NCBI GenBank assembly: GCA_951406725.2
Contig: OX597832.1
Location: forward strand, 41,912,001-41,976,000
Length of the DNA: 64,000 nucleotides
Direction of reading: 5' to 3'
DNA from: Octopus vulgaris
Taxonomy: Eukaryota
Shown here: piece after piece, positions 11,229 through 24,211 of the stretch
Layout: every line of letters starts with the position of its first letter
How positions within the stretch are numbered: the first letter of the stretch is position 1
Position numbers and translations under genes: made by a program
The notes under the pieces: model-generated
Seen by the model: the letters and a program-made list of their open reading frames with translations, nothing else
Told to the model about the DNA's origin: nothing
Database searches by the model: none

Positions 11229-11899
11229 TTCACACACACTAATAAAGATCACGTGGAAGCAATTTCCGGACATAAAAAATAGTTATTCCGAAAACCCAAA
11301 TTGTTTTCACTGGATGTGGAGGAAGTCAAATATTTGAGAGTGTGCGAAGTTGATTTTTCAAACGGTAAATAAAATGCAATTTGTCTAGAGATATTAATGA
11401 TGTCGTTATATTTAGCCCCAGGTCAGCCTTTGTCTAGCAGACCCTATGATCAACGCCTTCCTAGTTGGTGACCATCCAATATTTTATGCAGACATAATAA
11501 ATATATCCAAAACTACATTTATCGTATGTGTCCTCCCTCTTTTTCATGAAGACGTAAGAGTATTTGATTTAGGCTGTTGTTTCTTGCAGATCACGCACGT
11601 CTAGATGTCATTATACAAAGCATCCCGTTGTGGTTTCGTCGTCCTTTCATTGAAAAATCACCATATAAAGCATGTCTTCCTCGCTAATCTCCTCTTCTCC
11701 TTCATGTTTCTTTAGTCTATTTAATAATAATAATAATAATAATACGAAAGACCTCCAAGTCAGAAACAGATACAGAGAAAGGAAGACAGACATAGAAATT
11801 TATACACAATTAACAACCAAAGAAACGATATAAGGAAACACACATGAAAATAGACAGAGGTAGGGCTCGGTGGTGTTGGAGATATTGCCGGAGTCATGT

Positions 11900-12250
11900 G
11901 GTGTGCAAAACAGCCAATCGGATAACCTCGTGGTTTACAGTCGACGGCCAAACTTAACAATAAAACCGACCAATGAAAACGCTCCTTTGTAGCTGTGCGC
12001 ACGAATATCGACCAATGGGAGGAGGCCTCTGCCGCACACACCACGACGACGACGGCGAAGTAATTTTTATTTGTTTTGTTGTAGACGTTGTTGTGTTATG
12101 TATGGTGTTTTTTTTTGTTACGTATGAAGTGAACGTTGACCAATGGCAAGGCCCGTTACTTGGACGTGTTTGTCACGGAGCATGAGGACGCCAGCGACAG
12201 ATAAACATTGATTGACCGGCGCCACGGCTCTGGAACGGACAGGAGAAAAA
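11900..12250 (+). promoter_or_regulatory. CpG-rich element with four NF-Y-type CCAAT boxes
   Basis: AGCCAATCG (CCAAT at 11914) and GACCAATG (11970, 12012, 12140), all in one orientation, in non-repetitive CpG-rich DNA. Confidence 0.6.
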
Positions 12251-12829
12251 AAAGCTACGAGATCTATCGTTATTATTAACAAAAGAGACGAAAAAAAAAA
12301 AATATATATATATACACACATCTACATACACGTATGTATGTCTAACGAGAAGCACCTCATACATTATTCGCTTTTAATTAACGCTTGTTTCATAAAAAAA
12401 TACAATATATTATATTATATTGAAAATCTCCATTTTTCTGATGAACAACGATCGTTGAGGTAAGTTAAAGTTTGATGTATATGTCAGTATTTTATATATA
12501 TATACACGTATATATGTATATATAATATACACGCACACACGAAGCACTCTAGCCATCTGCTATGACTCTTAAACCAGCAACAACAATTATATATACATAC
12601 ATATATGGTGCCCCAGCATGGCCTCAGCCTTCGGGCTAAAACATTTTTAAGGATTTAAGGATATATATATATATATATAATATGTATATATATATATATG
12701 TACATACATATATGGTGCCCCAGCATGGCCTCGGCCTTCGGGCTAAAACATTCTTAAGGATTTAAGGATATATATACATATATTTATACACGTATATATA
12801 TATGTAATATGTATAAGGGAGCGAGAGGA

Positions 12830-13058
12830 CAGGCCTCTGTGGATATTCGACCTACCAGAAATACCAGCCAAGTTCTCTCTCGAATCACACACCTTATTGT
12901 CTTAATAACAAATGGTGATGGTTTATATTAGATGAGGTAGTTTTTCAGGATATACACTACGACGGAGGGAATAAAACTAAGAGGTTTTGCCACGGCTGGA
13001 ACGACTTGATCATGGGTCTACTTAACTTCATTAGCGCCACCCTGGGTCTTATACAGCA
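12830..13058 (+). mobile_element. Old dispersed repeat family F (GACCTGCTAGAAATAGCAGCCAAAT...CTTTGATCATAGGTC); other copies near 8235, 9565, 11410(-), 14155(-), 18433, 20675(-), 21985(-), 23340, 24900, 30000(-), 57600
   Basis: Recurrent diverged motif set ending in (AAC)n. Confidence 0.7.
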
Positions 13059-13225
13059 ATTAGCGTCCACTATGTAAAGAAAAAATCATGCTAACATTGT
13101 ATGGATATACATATATATACTCACTATAAACAGCTGTGTATACATACATACCTACATACATATTTATTACATATAACATCCCATCACTTTTCTCGTTTTT
13201 CCTTTTTATCTCTCTCTCTCTCTCT

Positions 13226-13234
13226 AATATATAC

Positions 13235-13265
<31 letters not shown>

Positions 13266-13266
13266 C

Positions 13267-13299
<33 letters not shown>

Positions 13300-13381
13300 C
13301 ATACATATATATACATACATACATACATATACATACATATATATATACATACATACATATACATATATATATGTATGTATG
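13226..13381. repeat. (TA)n/(TACA)n microsatellite
   Basis: Direct reading. Confidence 0.95.
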
Positions 13382-15401
13382 TTAGAAGTATTGGGGGGTG
13401 ATGTACAGATTTAATACATATGAAAGAAAAAAAAGGTGTTCAGAATGGCTGGATGGTTGTAAAAATATATATATTTATTTACATATCACAGCATTCTGAA
13501 CACCTTTTTTTCTTTATATATATATATATATACGTACACAGACACACAATTTCGTTGGTATTACATTACACCAACGTTGCTTTCTATAACAGACACTCAC
13601 AGAGAAAACTGTTTGTTGTATGGCAGTGTTGGTCGTATTCGCTACTTAGCTGACCTGTTTCTCTCTGTGTTTTCTCTTCTCTCTTCTCTGCTCTGCTCTC
13701 TCTCTCCCTCTTGTCGTTGGTTAATTCCTTCCTCATTTCAGAATGTCCTTTACCTTCATATTTTTTCATTTTTTTCTGTTCTGAAACCGATCAGCACACA
13801 CACAGAGAAAATACATAACAGCTGCACCACCAACCATGCCCTATACCATAACATTTACACACACACACGCACCGACCCGAACGACGAAGATAGGCGGTCG
13901 TCCCGACCAGGCTAGGAATAGAGGCTCAAAAAACCACCCTTATTTTACCCAATTATCGTCTTTTGGTGGGGGTAGAAATGTCGTGTACCTACGTATAAAG
14001 TCGTCCCGGATGATAATCTACAGAAAAGAAAAAGAAAAACCCAGATGGTGTGGTTGAGATTGAAAGGTTTTTCGATCACAGTACAACTCAACTATGGCTA
14101 AACAATTACACACACACGCATACAAATGGTACATCATAGCAGTGTAATTTCGTTGTTTAGCTCCTGATCGAGTTGCATTCGTATAAAGCCAAAGGCATTC
14201 CAGCCACGACCATCCCCCATCGTAACATTTCAGACCTTGTCCAATGTCTCTTTTGCTTTATTTTATGGCTTGTATGTAAATTGGGGGTGATTTTTGAATG
14301 AGATTTTCTCTCTGTTACTCACTCCCTAGCTGGTCGCACGATCACATTATATAGACTCGTGGCTTGTAATATATATATATATATATGTCTACCTTACACG
14401 ACTAGATATTTATCGAAAGTCCGTCCTCTTCTCATGCTGATTAATACCGAGAATCGCAATTAGATCACCATCATAATATACATACATTCATACATATATA
14501 TATATATATATATTTCATACAGCATAATTTACACGAAACGTAGATTATTCCACCAACCTTTGCCACAAGCTAAACTCATATTCCACTCTTCTCTCACTCT
14601 TAAAGTTCGTTGAGATCTTATTTCCTCTTCTCTCACTCACACTCTGCCTCTTTCGTTTTCCTGTTGTGTCAGAATATAGAAAAAAAAAGAGAAATCTAGA
14701 CAAATCGTGGTGTATTTAGTCCACAGTAAAACACTAAATGCCTGCTTCATTTCTTTAATAGGTTGTAAAAAATTTACCACATATACATACATACATATAT
14801 ATACACACGCACATGCTGTATATGTATGTATGTATATGTATATAATTATAGTATATGCGGTTCTGTATCGATGACTACAAGACAAACGGGGGAAAGAGAG
14901 ATAGAGAAGATTTGCAGGATCTTGAAATATCGTCTCCACTGCCAAAGTGAAGAGGGAGAAAATATGTGTTGGATGCTTTCTTCTTTGAGCAAATAATTAC
15001 TATAATGTGGCTGCGGGTTGCGATGTCTTAGTTTTTGGTCTTGAATGAAAATGGTACATATATATATTTTTTTTGTTGCTGGTTTGTCTTGTCTTGTCCT
15101 GCCTCTCCGGGACGAGAATCTATTCAATTTAGCAGCCAATTAAGTAGACTTAAGCTTCTGTGTGTGTGTCTTTTTGAAGGACAGGTGGACATGTTGGTTT
15201 CATGTGGTAGGGAGGAGAAGAGAGAGAGAGCTCTGGACGACCGAATTCCGCGTATAATAAATCATATATATAATATATATACACACACACATACACATAA
15301 TGTATGCATATGCCGGGTTTAATATATTAACCGACTTTTCCCATTCATTCGAAGCATGTATCGAGTGCAGTTAGACGTCTGTGTACGAACAACACCATCA
15401 G

Positions 15402-15589
15402 TATATATATATATATATATACACACACATACACTATATATATATATACACATACACTATATATATACACATACACTATATATATATATACACATACACT
15501 ATATATATATATATACACATACACTATATATATACACACATATATATATATATATATACATACACTATATATATATATATATATACATA

Positions 15590-15626
<37 letters not shown>

Positions 15627-15723
15627 CACTATATATATATATATATATATATACACATACACTATATATATATATATACACATATACACTATATATATAC
15701 ACTATATATATACACACATACAC

Positions 15724-15755
<32 letters not shown>

Positions 15756-15776
15756 ATATATATATATATATATATA
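15402..15776. repeat. Compound minisatellite [(TA)n CACATACAC]m
   Basis: Direct reading. Confidence 0.95.
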
Positions 15777-16467
15777 CGCCTACATAAGTGTAACATGGAC
15801 CAGACATTTATCGGCAATATCTCTCATCTTATTTCTTCTTTTAGCGGTCCCTCGGTGTGTGTTTTTCCCCCCTTTAGTCGTTCAGATTGTTATTAATCTT
15901 TATGTCCAATCCTCATTTCATTGTGAACAAAGTTGTTCGTCTTATTATTATTATTTCGGTAGCTGTCTCGTGTTTCACAATGAAATGGCCATCAAAAGTC
16001 TTCTGTACGCACCTTTCTTTTAGCAATCCGTCTAAAACTTAGCTGAAAATCGTCCTAAAATGGCCAAAACCAATTATAAATGAGAGAGACAGAGAGAGGG
16101 CTCTTTCTGAAGTCGAATACAACTTTATATATCCATCTCGTCATCTCTAAAACACACACACATATATACCTTTCATTGCAAAGCTGAGTTTTTCTTTTAT
16201 CATCATGTCAAGACAGACTGCAGTAATGTATAATATTTATGCTGGAACCTGTTTGGTTATTCTTCCTATTTTTTTTCTTCTTTTGGTTCGCTATTTCAAG
16301 TATTATGGTTAGTAAAATGTCATGTGGCTAAAAAGATAGATGTGTTTGGATATTCCTTTATATTGAACACAAGCTTTTAATGGTGTATAGGGCGTGTGAT
16401 GTAGAACCGACAAAACAATCGCTATGATGGGCAGGCTTAGTTATTTATAAAAAGATGTGTGCGTGTC

Positions 16468-16847
16468 TATATATACACACATACACTATATATATATATA
16501 TATATACATCTACACACATACACTATATATACATATACACACATACACTATATATATACACACATACACTATATATATATACAGACACATACACTATATA
16601 TATATACATACATACATATATATATATATACATACACTATATATATATATATACACATACACTATATATATATATATACACATACACTATATATATATAT
16701 ATACACACACATATACACTATATGTACACACATATACACTATATATATATATATACACATACACTATATATATATATATATATATACATACACACACACT
16801 ATATATATATACACACACTATATATATATACACACACTATATATATG

Positions 16848-16888
<41 letters not shown>
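16468..16888. repeat. Compound minisatellite [(TA)n CACATACAC]m, second array
   Basis: Direct reading. Confidence 0.95.
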
Positions 16889-16889
<1 letters not shown>

Positions 16890-18666
16890 ATGTGTGTGAG
16901 AGGGGGATGACACTTAATTTTCAGGTGTTGGGTTTGTTGTAATGTCTGAAGCACTTGGCTGTTAATTTCCCCGCATCTAACGAACTTCACTCACCGAAAT
17001 CTCATTAAATTCTGGATTAAAAAACCTCATCCCGTGTACTGCAATTTTCTCTTAAGCTGCATCATCCATGTCCACGCCGATTATATTATATTATGACTCG
17101 TCAGTAAATATAGCAATGACTAAATAAATACCTAAGCTGCAGATGTTCTTATTGCTTTTATTTTTCCTTCTTTCTTTTCAACATACCATAAACTATACAC
17201 TCAGCTCCCTGTATACATACATACGTGGGGTCAACCTGCTCGTGATTCGGTTTGAGAAGAAAGGTGAACCTTAAAAAAGGACTTGCTAGAACCCAGAAAC
17301 CATTTTACAGTTTCACGTCGTTCGCGGCTTCTTTCTGGTTTTTCGATCGACATTTTCTTCTTCTTTTCTATCTAGGAATGAATTGACGACAGAAACAACA
17401 CACACACAGCAACCATGAAACTGCGAATGTGTTTAGGAAAATAAAAAACCAAAAACCATTTTGTAGTTTAGGTGTTTTGTTGTGTGTCTTTGGCGGTTTG
17501 GTTTGTTGGGTGGTTTAACAAAGTAGGTTTTTGTAGCCTTCAGATGATTTAATCATAACACAGGGCACGGGTTAGTCTTTGCTCACACTAAAACAAACCC
17601 TCCTTGATTATAAATATATATATATATGTGTGTGTGGAACTGCAGATATATTATATGAATCCTGGCCAACAACGAGAACGTGTTCTGACTGGCACATTTC
17701 TTGGGTTGGCGCCATCCTCGGTAGTAGCAGCGAAGACAGACAGAAATGAATTGCCTTAGTGTGTTTATTGTTGTTGTTGGTGATAATGTCCTCGGCTTTT
17801 ATTCATAACACAAACAAACTGTTAATTATCTCAATAACAAAGAAAGCATTTTCCACCATTTCCCTCTCTCCTCTCGGATGATAAGCGTATATTTGACGGA
17901 TTTGGCTGCTATTTCTAACAGGTAGAACTTCTCGTTGCTTCGTGTCAAATAATGCGATATAAGCAGTGCCCCTAAAACCGTGCTAAATAATTGTTTTAAT
18001 AACCGAATCTGGTACCTAAAAGCTGCCCTGCTTCTGTATCACCCACGTAAAATAGCCACTTGTTAGTAAAACCCGCGACCTACCTACCAACCGAGCATTC
18101 GTCCTGGGTAGCTTTGGCTTTTTTCTTGTATATAATTTATTTTTTGAAAATCCAAAATGGGGAGGAAAAAAAAAAAGAAGTCTTCTTTCTCTGGTTCTTC
18201 TTTCCTTTTCTCTCTATCTTCGTATTTATGGTATCAGCAGCCACGGCGGCGCACACGGTTCTGTGTGTGACCACGGCGGCCCTGCTATCGCTGCTACTAC
18301 AAACAACACTAATTGCTCTTACATTATCACAATTTAACTTTGTCTCGCTCTATCTCTCGGTTCAGATCCAAGGTGTTTGGTTTATTTTATGCTACCTCCG
18401 CCAACAAGGAAGCTTGATGTATTGCTGCTGTTCGACCTGGTAAACACAGCAGCCAAATCTCTTTTAAATCGCATGTAAGAGAGACAGAGAGAGGGAGGGG
18501 ACATTTTGAATAATGTATCAGATACAGTATGTATGCTTGATTAAAAGACGAGAGGGTCATGGCTAGAACGTCTTTAATCAGAGTTGACCTATGGCTAAAC
18601 AACGTCTTCGTCTATCTGGGTTGAACATACGTACCTCAGTGTCTGCTGAATGTCGAATTGATATAG

Positions 18667-18825
18667 CAGGAGCGGACCCGGGAATGAGGGGCATTGCCCC
18701 TCCCTCCCTCTCCGAAAAGAAGTGTGCCCTTCTAAAAATAATGTTGTTACGCCCTTTTCTCCTAGAATTGTGTCCCCTTCTGACCTTGTGCCTTCCCTTC
18801 GAAAAAATTCCTGGGACCGCACCTG
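18667..18825. mobile_element. GC-rich MITE, PIF/Harbinger-like
   Basis: CAGGAGCGGACCCGGGAA is inverted to TTCCTGGGACCGCACCTG; superfamily assignment inferred. Confidence 0.65.
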
Positions 18826-21800
18826 CATGGAATGGTATCCAACTGTCATCGTCTTTTAACTTCCCAGTTTCAATCTGAGTTTTGTGCTCCAGCATGGCAA
18901 TGACAAAACTGAAGGTGCCGGTCCGAAGAAATCGTTTCTCACGGCACCCTTTCACGATCAGTAAAAGCAGGACATACCAGTAATATACGGACTGCCTACC
19001 CTCTCATCTATGTAAACAACAAATTAAATATTTCGACGGTCGCGTGGTTGGTTGATGTGGTTCGGATGCCGAGTACCTTTTGTATAAATTATCCATTTGC
19101 ACTCGGTAAAATAAATATATAAGGTAATGTATTAATAATATCCATGAGGCAATCGACTCGACAACTATAAAATTTGGCCTTGTGATGTACGTGTGTGTTG
19201 TTGCCTTTACTTGACCTAATCGTTTATATTGAAGGGTTGTCCTTTGCTGCCCTTGTGACAAACTTAAGGATCGTTGCCGTGAAGGTTTTCGGGTCCAGTT
19301 ACTATTTGCAATTAATTCTAGTTTATGTCGTTGACGGATGGCTATGGAAAAGACATCAACTTCGCAGACTCACTTCCTTTTCTGTAAAATGGGAGGGGAA
19401 AATTGGAATATATATATATGTCGATAACAGGTTTAACTGGTATCATCGGCTTGCCCACCATCTCTCCCTCAAATGATTTCCATAAGGGTTACACTATCTC
19501 GTTCTTAACTCCAGAACAGTTCTGAGGCCTTTGTTTGATAGGGTATCTAGCACCATTATTCAGTGTGTAGAGCAGTTATGGACAAACTGCAACCCACGGA
19601 GCTTTCTGAAATAGCACGCCATCGAAAAATTACCTTGAATCTTTTTAGTAGTGCGAATTGCATGGTGATTAGACATGTCTACTGCTGTCCGCTTCTCTCA
19701 GAAGGTTACCTATGCCTCCTGGTGTAGAGGCTCCCTATGTAAATATTCAGAACAGTTCTCACATAGCTGATGAGGATAATGGGTTTTTTGTGGGGCTGTT
19801 TGGTAATTGTTGAAGTGATTAAGAACCGGGTGTGGCATGATATGGCTTGTCCCCCCCCCCCCAGTTGTCCCTTTTGGGACAGCATCAACGCCTTACCTGC
19901 CTGTGACTGAAGCCGTTGCTAATTAGAAAATTACATTTAAATTTACCTTGGCAATAATATATGTTACGGAGAAAATGCATAAGTAGTTGGGTTTTTTTTA
20001 ATCACATTCCACTTTTTTCTTTTTGTAAATACGCAGTCGAATGGAACATGTGAGGAATTTCTTGTGACATTCTTTCAGATTATTTAGCCTAAAATAGCAA
20101 ACAGCTCTCGCGGAATAAGGATTTACGAGTGCCAAGAGAAAGAGGCAGATGTGTATGTGTGAAAATCTACCATGAAACATCAATCTTTCCACCACCTGCT
20201 GAGAACTTGAAACCCCCTTCCTGATCGATCACATCGACGAGGATTTGTCAAGGAGGTCACCAGAGGTCGATCGTCATCCTAGTAGTGCGAGATGTGTTGG
20301 TTATATGTCGTGCATCGATTTAGTATCGATTCCAATTAACGAATTGGTAATTGTTTTGTAGCTAGTGCTTCAATTAATGTGAGAAAAATTGTAAAGCAAA
20401 ATATAACAACATAGCGACACTAGTATATATATTATATAAAGGTAGTCAACTAACGTGGCAGTGTCTGTGTCTATCGATCCGCCCCTCGCACCTGCAGGAT
20501 TTGAATGTAATACAAGAACAGTGAGATGTCGGTACCCCATAGCTCATTACACTTCTTGGTATGTTGGTCCTGTCTCCTCGGATAATAAAGAAGAGAGTGT
20601 ATTTCCGCAAAGTCTTATTCATACTAGGGTGTGGTAGGATAGAACCTAGAATCTTAGATTAGAAAATGTATTGTTTAACCATGGGGTCAACTCTGAAGCT
20701 AGTCTATGATCAAAGGCATTTCAACCATGACTATCCTGTATTTTAGTTTTTTATCATCGGATTAATCCTTTGTTTAAGGTAGTTGAGGGAGATATCGTTG
20801 CTATTTCTAGCAGGACGAGCATCCACGGTAGAAGCTTCTTTGTTGGCTGTTATTAGACGATGGCGTTTGGGTGGTTCACGTAAAGTACATGGTTCTTTCT
20901 CTTGGCTTACATTGGTCTCTTAACGGGCAGCAGTAGTAGTTTTTATACGGTCGTGATTTACCTTCTCGTAATCATTAAACCAAACTCTTCGTCCTTTTTC
21001 ACTGAACATCATCATTATTACTTGACACAACATACCATCAACCATGATCCATTTTCTTTTCTTTTTTTTTTGCTTTTCCGGTTTTCCTTATTTTTTTCTC
21101 TCATTATACGTTTCGATGTGTGTTGGCTGCTTTTTGTAAGTCTTGGTCAAAGAGAGAATCAGAAAGAAAGAGAGAAAGAAAGAACGAAAGCGAGTGGAGG
21201 GGGGGTGCTTTGAGCTACACACCTACAGGAAAGCTATTACTGTTTGTCACTAAAACCACCACCACCACCCCCTCCTCTGCTGCTGCCGCCTCTGTTTGTT
21301 CCCCTCTTACTTCTACTACTTACTTGGGAACTAAATTTCTAATGGTGTTCTACTACTACTAATACTACTATTAATTTGCCTTTTCACTTTGCCAACCACA
21401 TCCACACAACACAAGTCTGAAGTGAATTACCAAAAATAGCTCCTCCTCCTTCTAATCAATCTCTTTCTTTGGTGTTGCCCTCATTTCGTCTTTCTTTCTT
21501 TCTAGAACTCGTGTAATTTTTTTCAGCACCACGCACTCCACACCACACATATTTATCTTTCTGTTGGATTATTCAAGGGTGTTCTAGTTTTTTTTTCTGT
21601 TCGTTTGTTGATTTGTAAATACATTCTCTTCCTTTTTCTTCTTTCTTTTTATTGTTCAAGTTTTGTGTGTACGCTTATAATAGACTGTATATACTAGTAA
21701 TTAGTAGTAATTAGTGGGAGAGTGGACGGATCTAAGGAAACTACAGCTAGTTAGTTAGATACCGAAATTCTTTTCTTCTGGTTCGAATTCTCTTGAAAAT

Positions 21801-22553
21801 AGCCCCCTACTCCAACCAGCATGTAACGAAATGTCGGATTTTCCAGAGCTCTAATTCTGCTAAAAATTGTCCTAACGGATTGTAGTGCTTGTCATAAGAC
21901 AATTAAACAATTGCTCCTAATATAAAATAGTTACTTCAAGAGATTGGAATTTACTTTCCGTACTGTTGCTTGGCTTCGAATCGACCCCAGTTTTAGCAGA
22001 CTTTACAAACCAAATGCATCCTTCTTGTGACCATCTTATCCTAGTTCTCTATGTCTTATAATCTCTAGGACTATATTGTCTAGTGTGCCCTTTTTTTTTT
22101 TTAAAGACGATAGGGTGTGATTTGAATGAGGTTTGGTTGTTGTTTTTAGCAAGAAGAACATCCACGTAGATGCCTCCAGACATTTTTCTCTTTGGTAAAC
22201 GTGATGTGGAACCGTGTTGATGTTAACCAAAACGTGTGGTACCCGTTCATATATTGGCTGTCTGTGTATTTAACTGAACGTAATTCGAATTCCTATATTT
22301 CTTGTGAAATTTGTGTCTTGTATTAAAAAAAAAGAAAACTGGTAAAATATTTAGTATGGAACTTGTGTAAATATCCTGCTTTTCGGTTTACTCTTTTAGT
22401 GCTGTTTTTTTATTAAAGCAGTAATATGATGCAACACATTTCTGTACCAAAGATGGATGTAGGTGCTGTTGGTACTACCACTACTATTATTATTATTATT
22501 ATTATTGCGAATGGTTGCTGTAGCAGTATCTCTTTCTTTAAACGTGACAGTTC

Positions 22554-22554
22554 T

Positions 22555-22589
<35 letters not shown>

Positions 22590-22638
22590 TACTCTGTCTG
22601 TCTCTCTCTCTCACACACACACATACTCTGTCTGTCTG

Positions 22639-22669
<31 letters not shown>

Positions 22670-22840
22670 TACTCTGTCTGTCTGTCTGTCTCTCTCTCTC
22701 TCACACACACATACATACATACTCTGTCTCTCTCTCTCACACACACACACACATACTCTCTCTCTCTCTCTCACACACACATACTCTGTCTCTCTCTCTC
22801 TCTCACACACACACATACCTACTCTGTCTCTCTCTCTCTC
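22554..22840. repeat. Compound minisatellite [(CT)n(CA)n TACTCTGT]m
   Basis: Direct reading. Confidence 0.95.
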
Positions 22841-24211
22841 GCTGTTGATACTTACCTCGAGATGTGAAAACGTGACTTTGCTCCACTCCCACTCAAGACA
22901 AACCTATTTGATTCTGCCAAACTAACCTGTTAATAGCTTTCACAGTCAGCACCGATTGTGGCCAGCAATGAATAATAATTCTGCGCAGCCACTGGCGTAC
23001 AAGAGACCGCCCTTGAGAAGTTCTATGTTATTGTCCTTGACATCAAGCAGAACATTCGACAGTGTTTGGCACGCAACAATAATATATCGTTGTTCCGCCG
23101 CCAGAAGCTTCTCTCTCTGCTCAGTCGACCCCTTCACAATTGTTTTGATGGGGGCTTTCCCTGGTCTTATGCTCCGATAACTAGAGGGTTCCACACTGGT
23201 TGGCCTTCACACACACACACACCCCTATGTGTATGATATTATCTCTTGCGGCCTCTCCCGTATTCGGCACACACGCTTCGTCCAACCGACACTCACTAAA
23301 TGCTTCCGCAAAGTATGGTGAAATTTGGTCAACAAGGGAACCTCTATGCGGTCATTGAACACACTAGAAATGGCAGTCAAATCTCCATCGAATAACACTT
23401 TATATTTCTAAAAGGAACGTCTTTGATTTATAGATCTACTGGAGCAGGGTTGAGCAAGAACTCCGCAACATACTATAAGGAAGGCAATGGCAGCTTGTCC
23501 TCATTCAAATTGACTAACACTAAAATTACTTGAAATAATCAAATTTACGACACTGTAAACCTTTGGCATCCCCTTAGAAATTCCTGCATTTAATTTCTTG
23601 TTAAGTCTCATGGTTCCTCAGATTTTAATCTGACAGGATTATTTCAAATGTTACTAAAAAAAAAAATACTACTTATCTGCTTTGGCAAGCTTATACTTTT
23701 CAATACCCAGCATCGTAATTTGTCTGTTCTCTTCTATTGTTAGTAAATATGGTCTTGGTTCCTCTAATTATGCTGACTTTGAAATATTTGGTCTCCTCTT
23801 TTCCTTCCTTAGCCAGAACTCTCCTACCATACATACTTTATGCATCAAATAGCAGTTAGCATTATTTATATATATGTATATATATATATATCATATCAAA
23901 AGGGAAATGGAATTTAATTAAATTTAAAATATTCAATCAAATTTACATTTCCAGTGGTCTAACGTGCAAAAAATTAGTCAAGAAGACTATATATTAGTCA
24001 TACGATATAGTGTATATTTATACACATAAGGAATCCACTCTTAGGGTGAAATTCAACACATAGAACCACAAAAATAACGGATAAGATTCGACAGGAACAG
24101 AATTTGGAAATGAAAAACATTTAAGGGACTGTTTGCGAAAAAAACAAAAGACGAAGACAGGTGGTGTACAAAACAAACAGATGTATTAGTATAACACTCA
24201 GGAATAGAAAG

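Noticed and set aside
11914-12160. ERSE (CCAAT-N9-CCACG) interpretation of the CCAAT boxes
   Set aside because: None has CCACG at the 9-nt spacing.
12438-12465. CUGAUGA-A-CAACGAUCGUUG hammerhead candidate
   Set aside because: Followed by AGGU rather than GAAA; better read as a splice donor context.
10894-16990. Many 60-170 aa ORFs rich in Y/I/H/T or LSIY
   Set aside because: Translations of TA/CA/GATA microsatellites, not genes.
21522-21538. TTCAGCACCACGCAC resembles an RE1/NRSE half site (also about 18233)
   Set aside because: The right half does not match and REST is not expected in molluscs.
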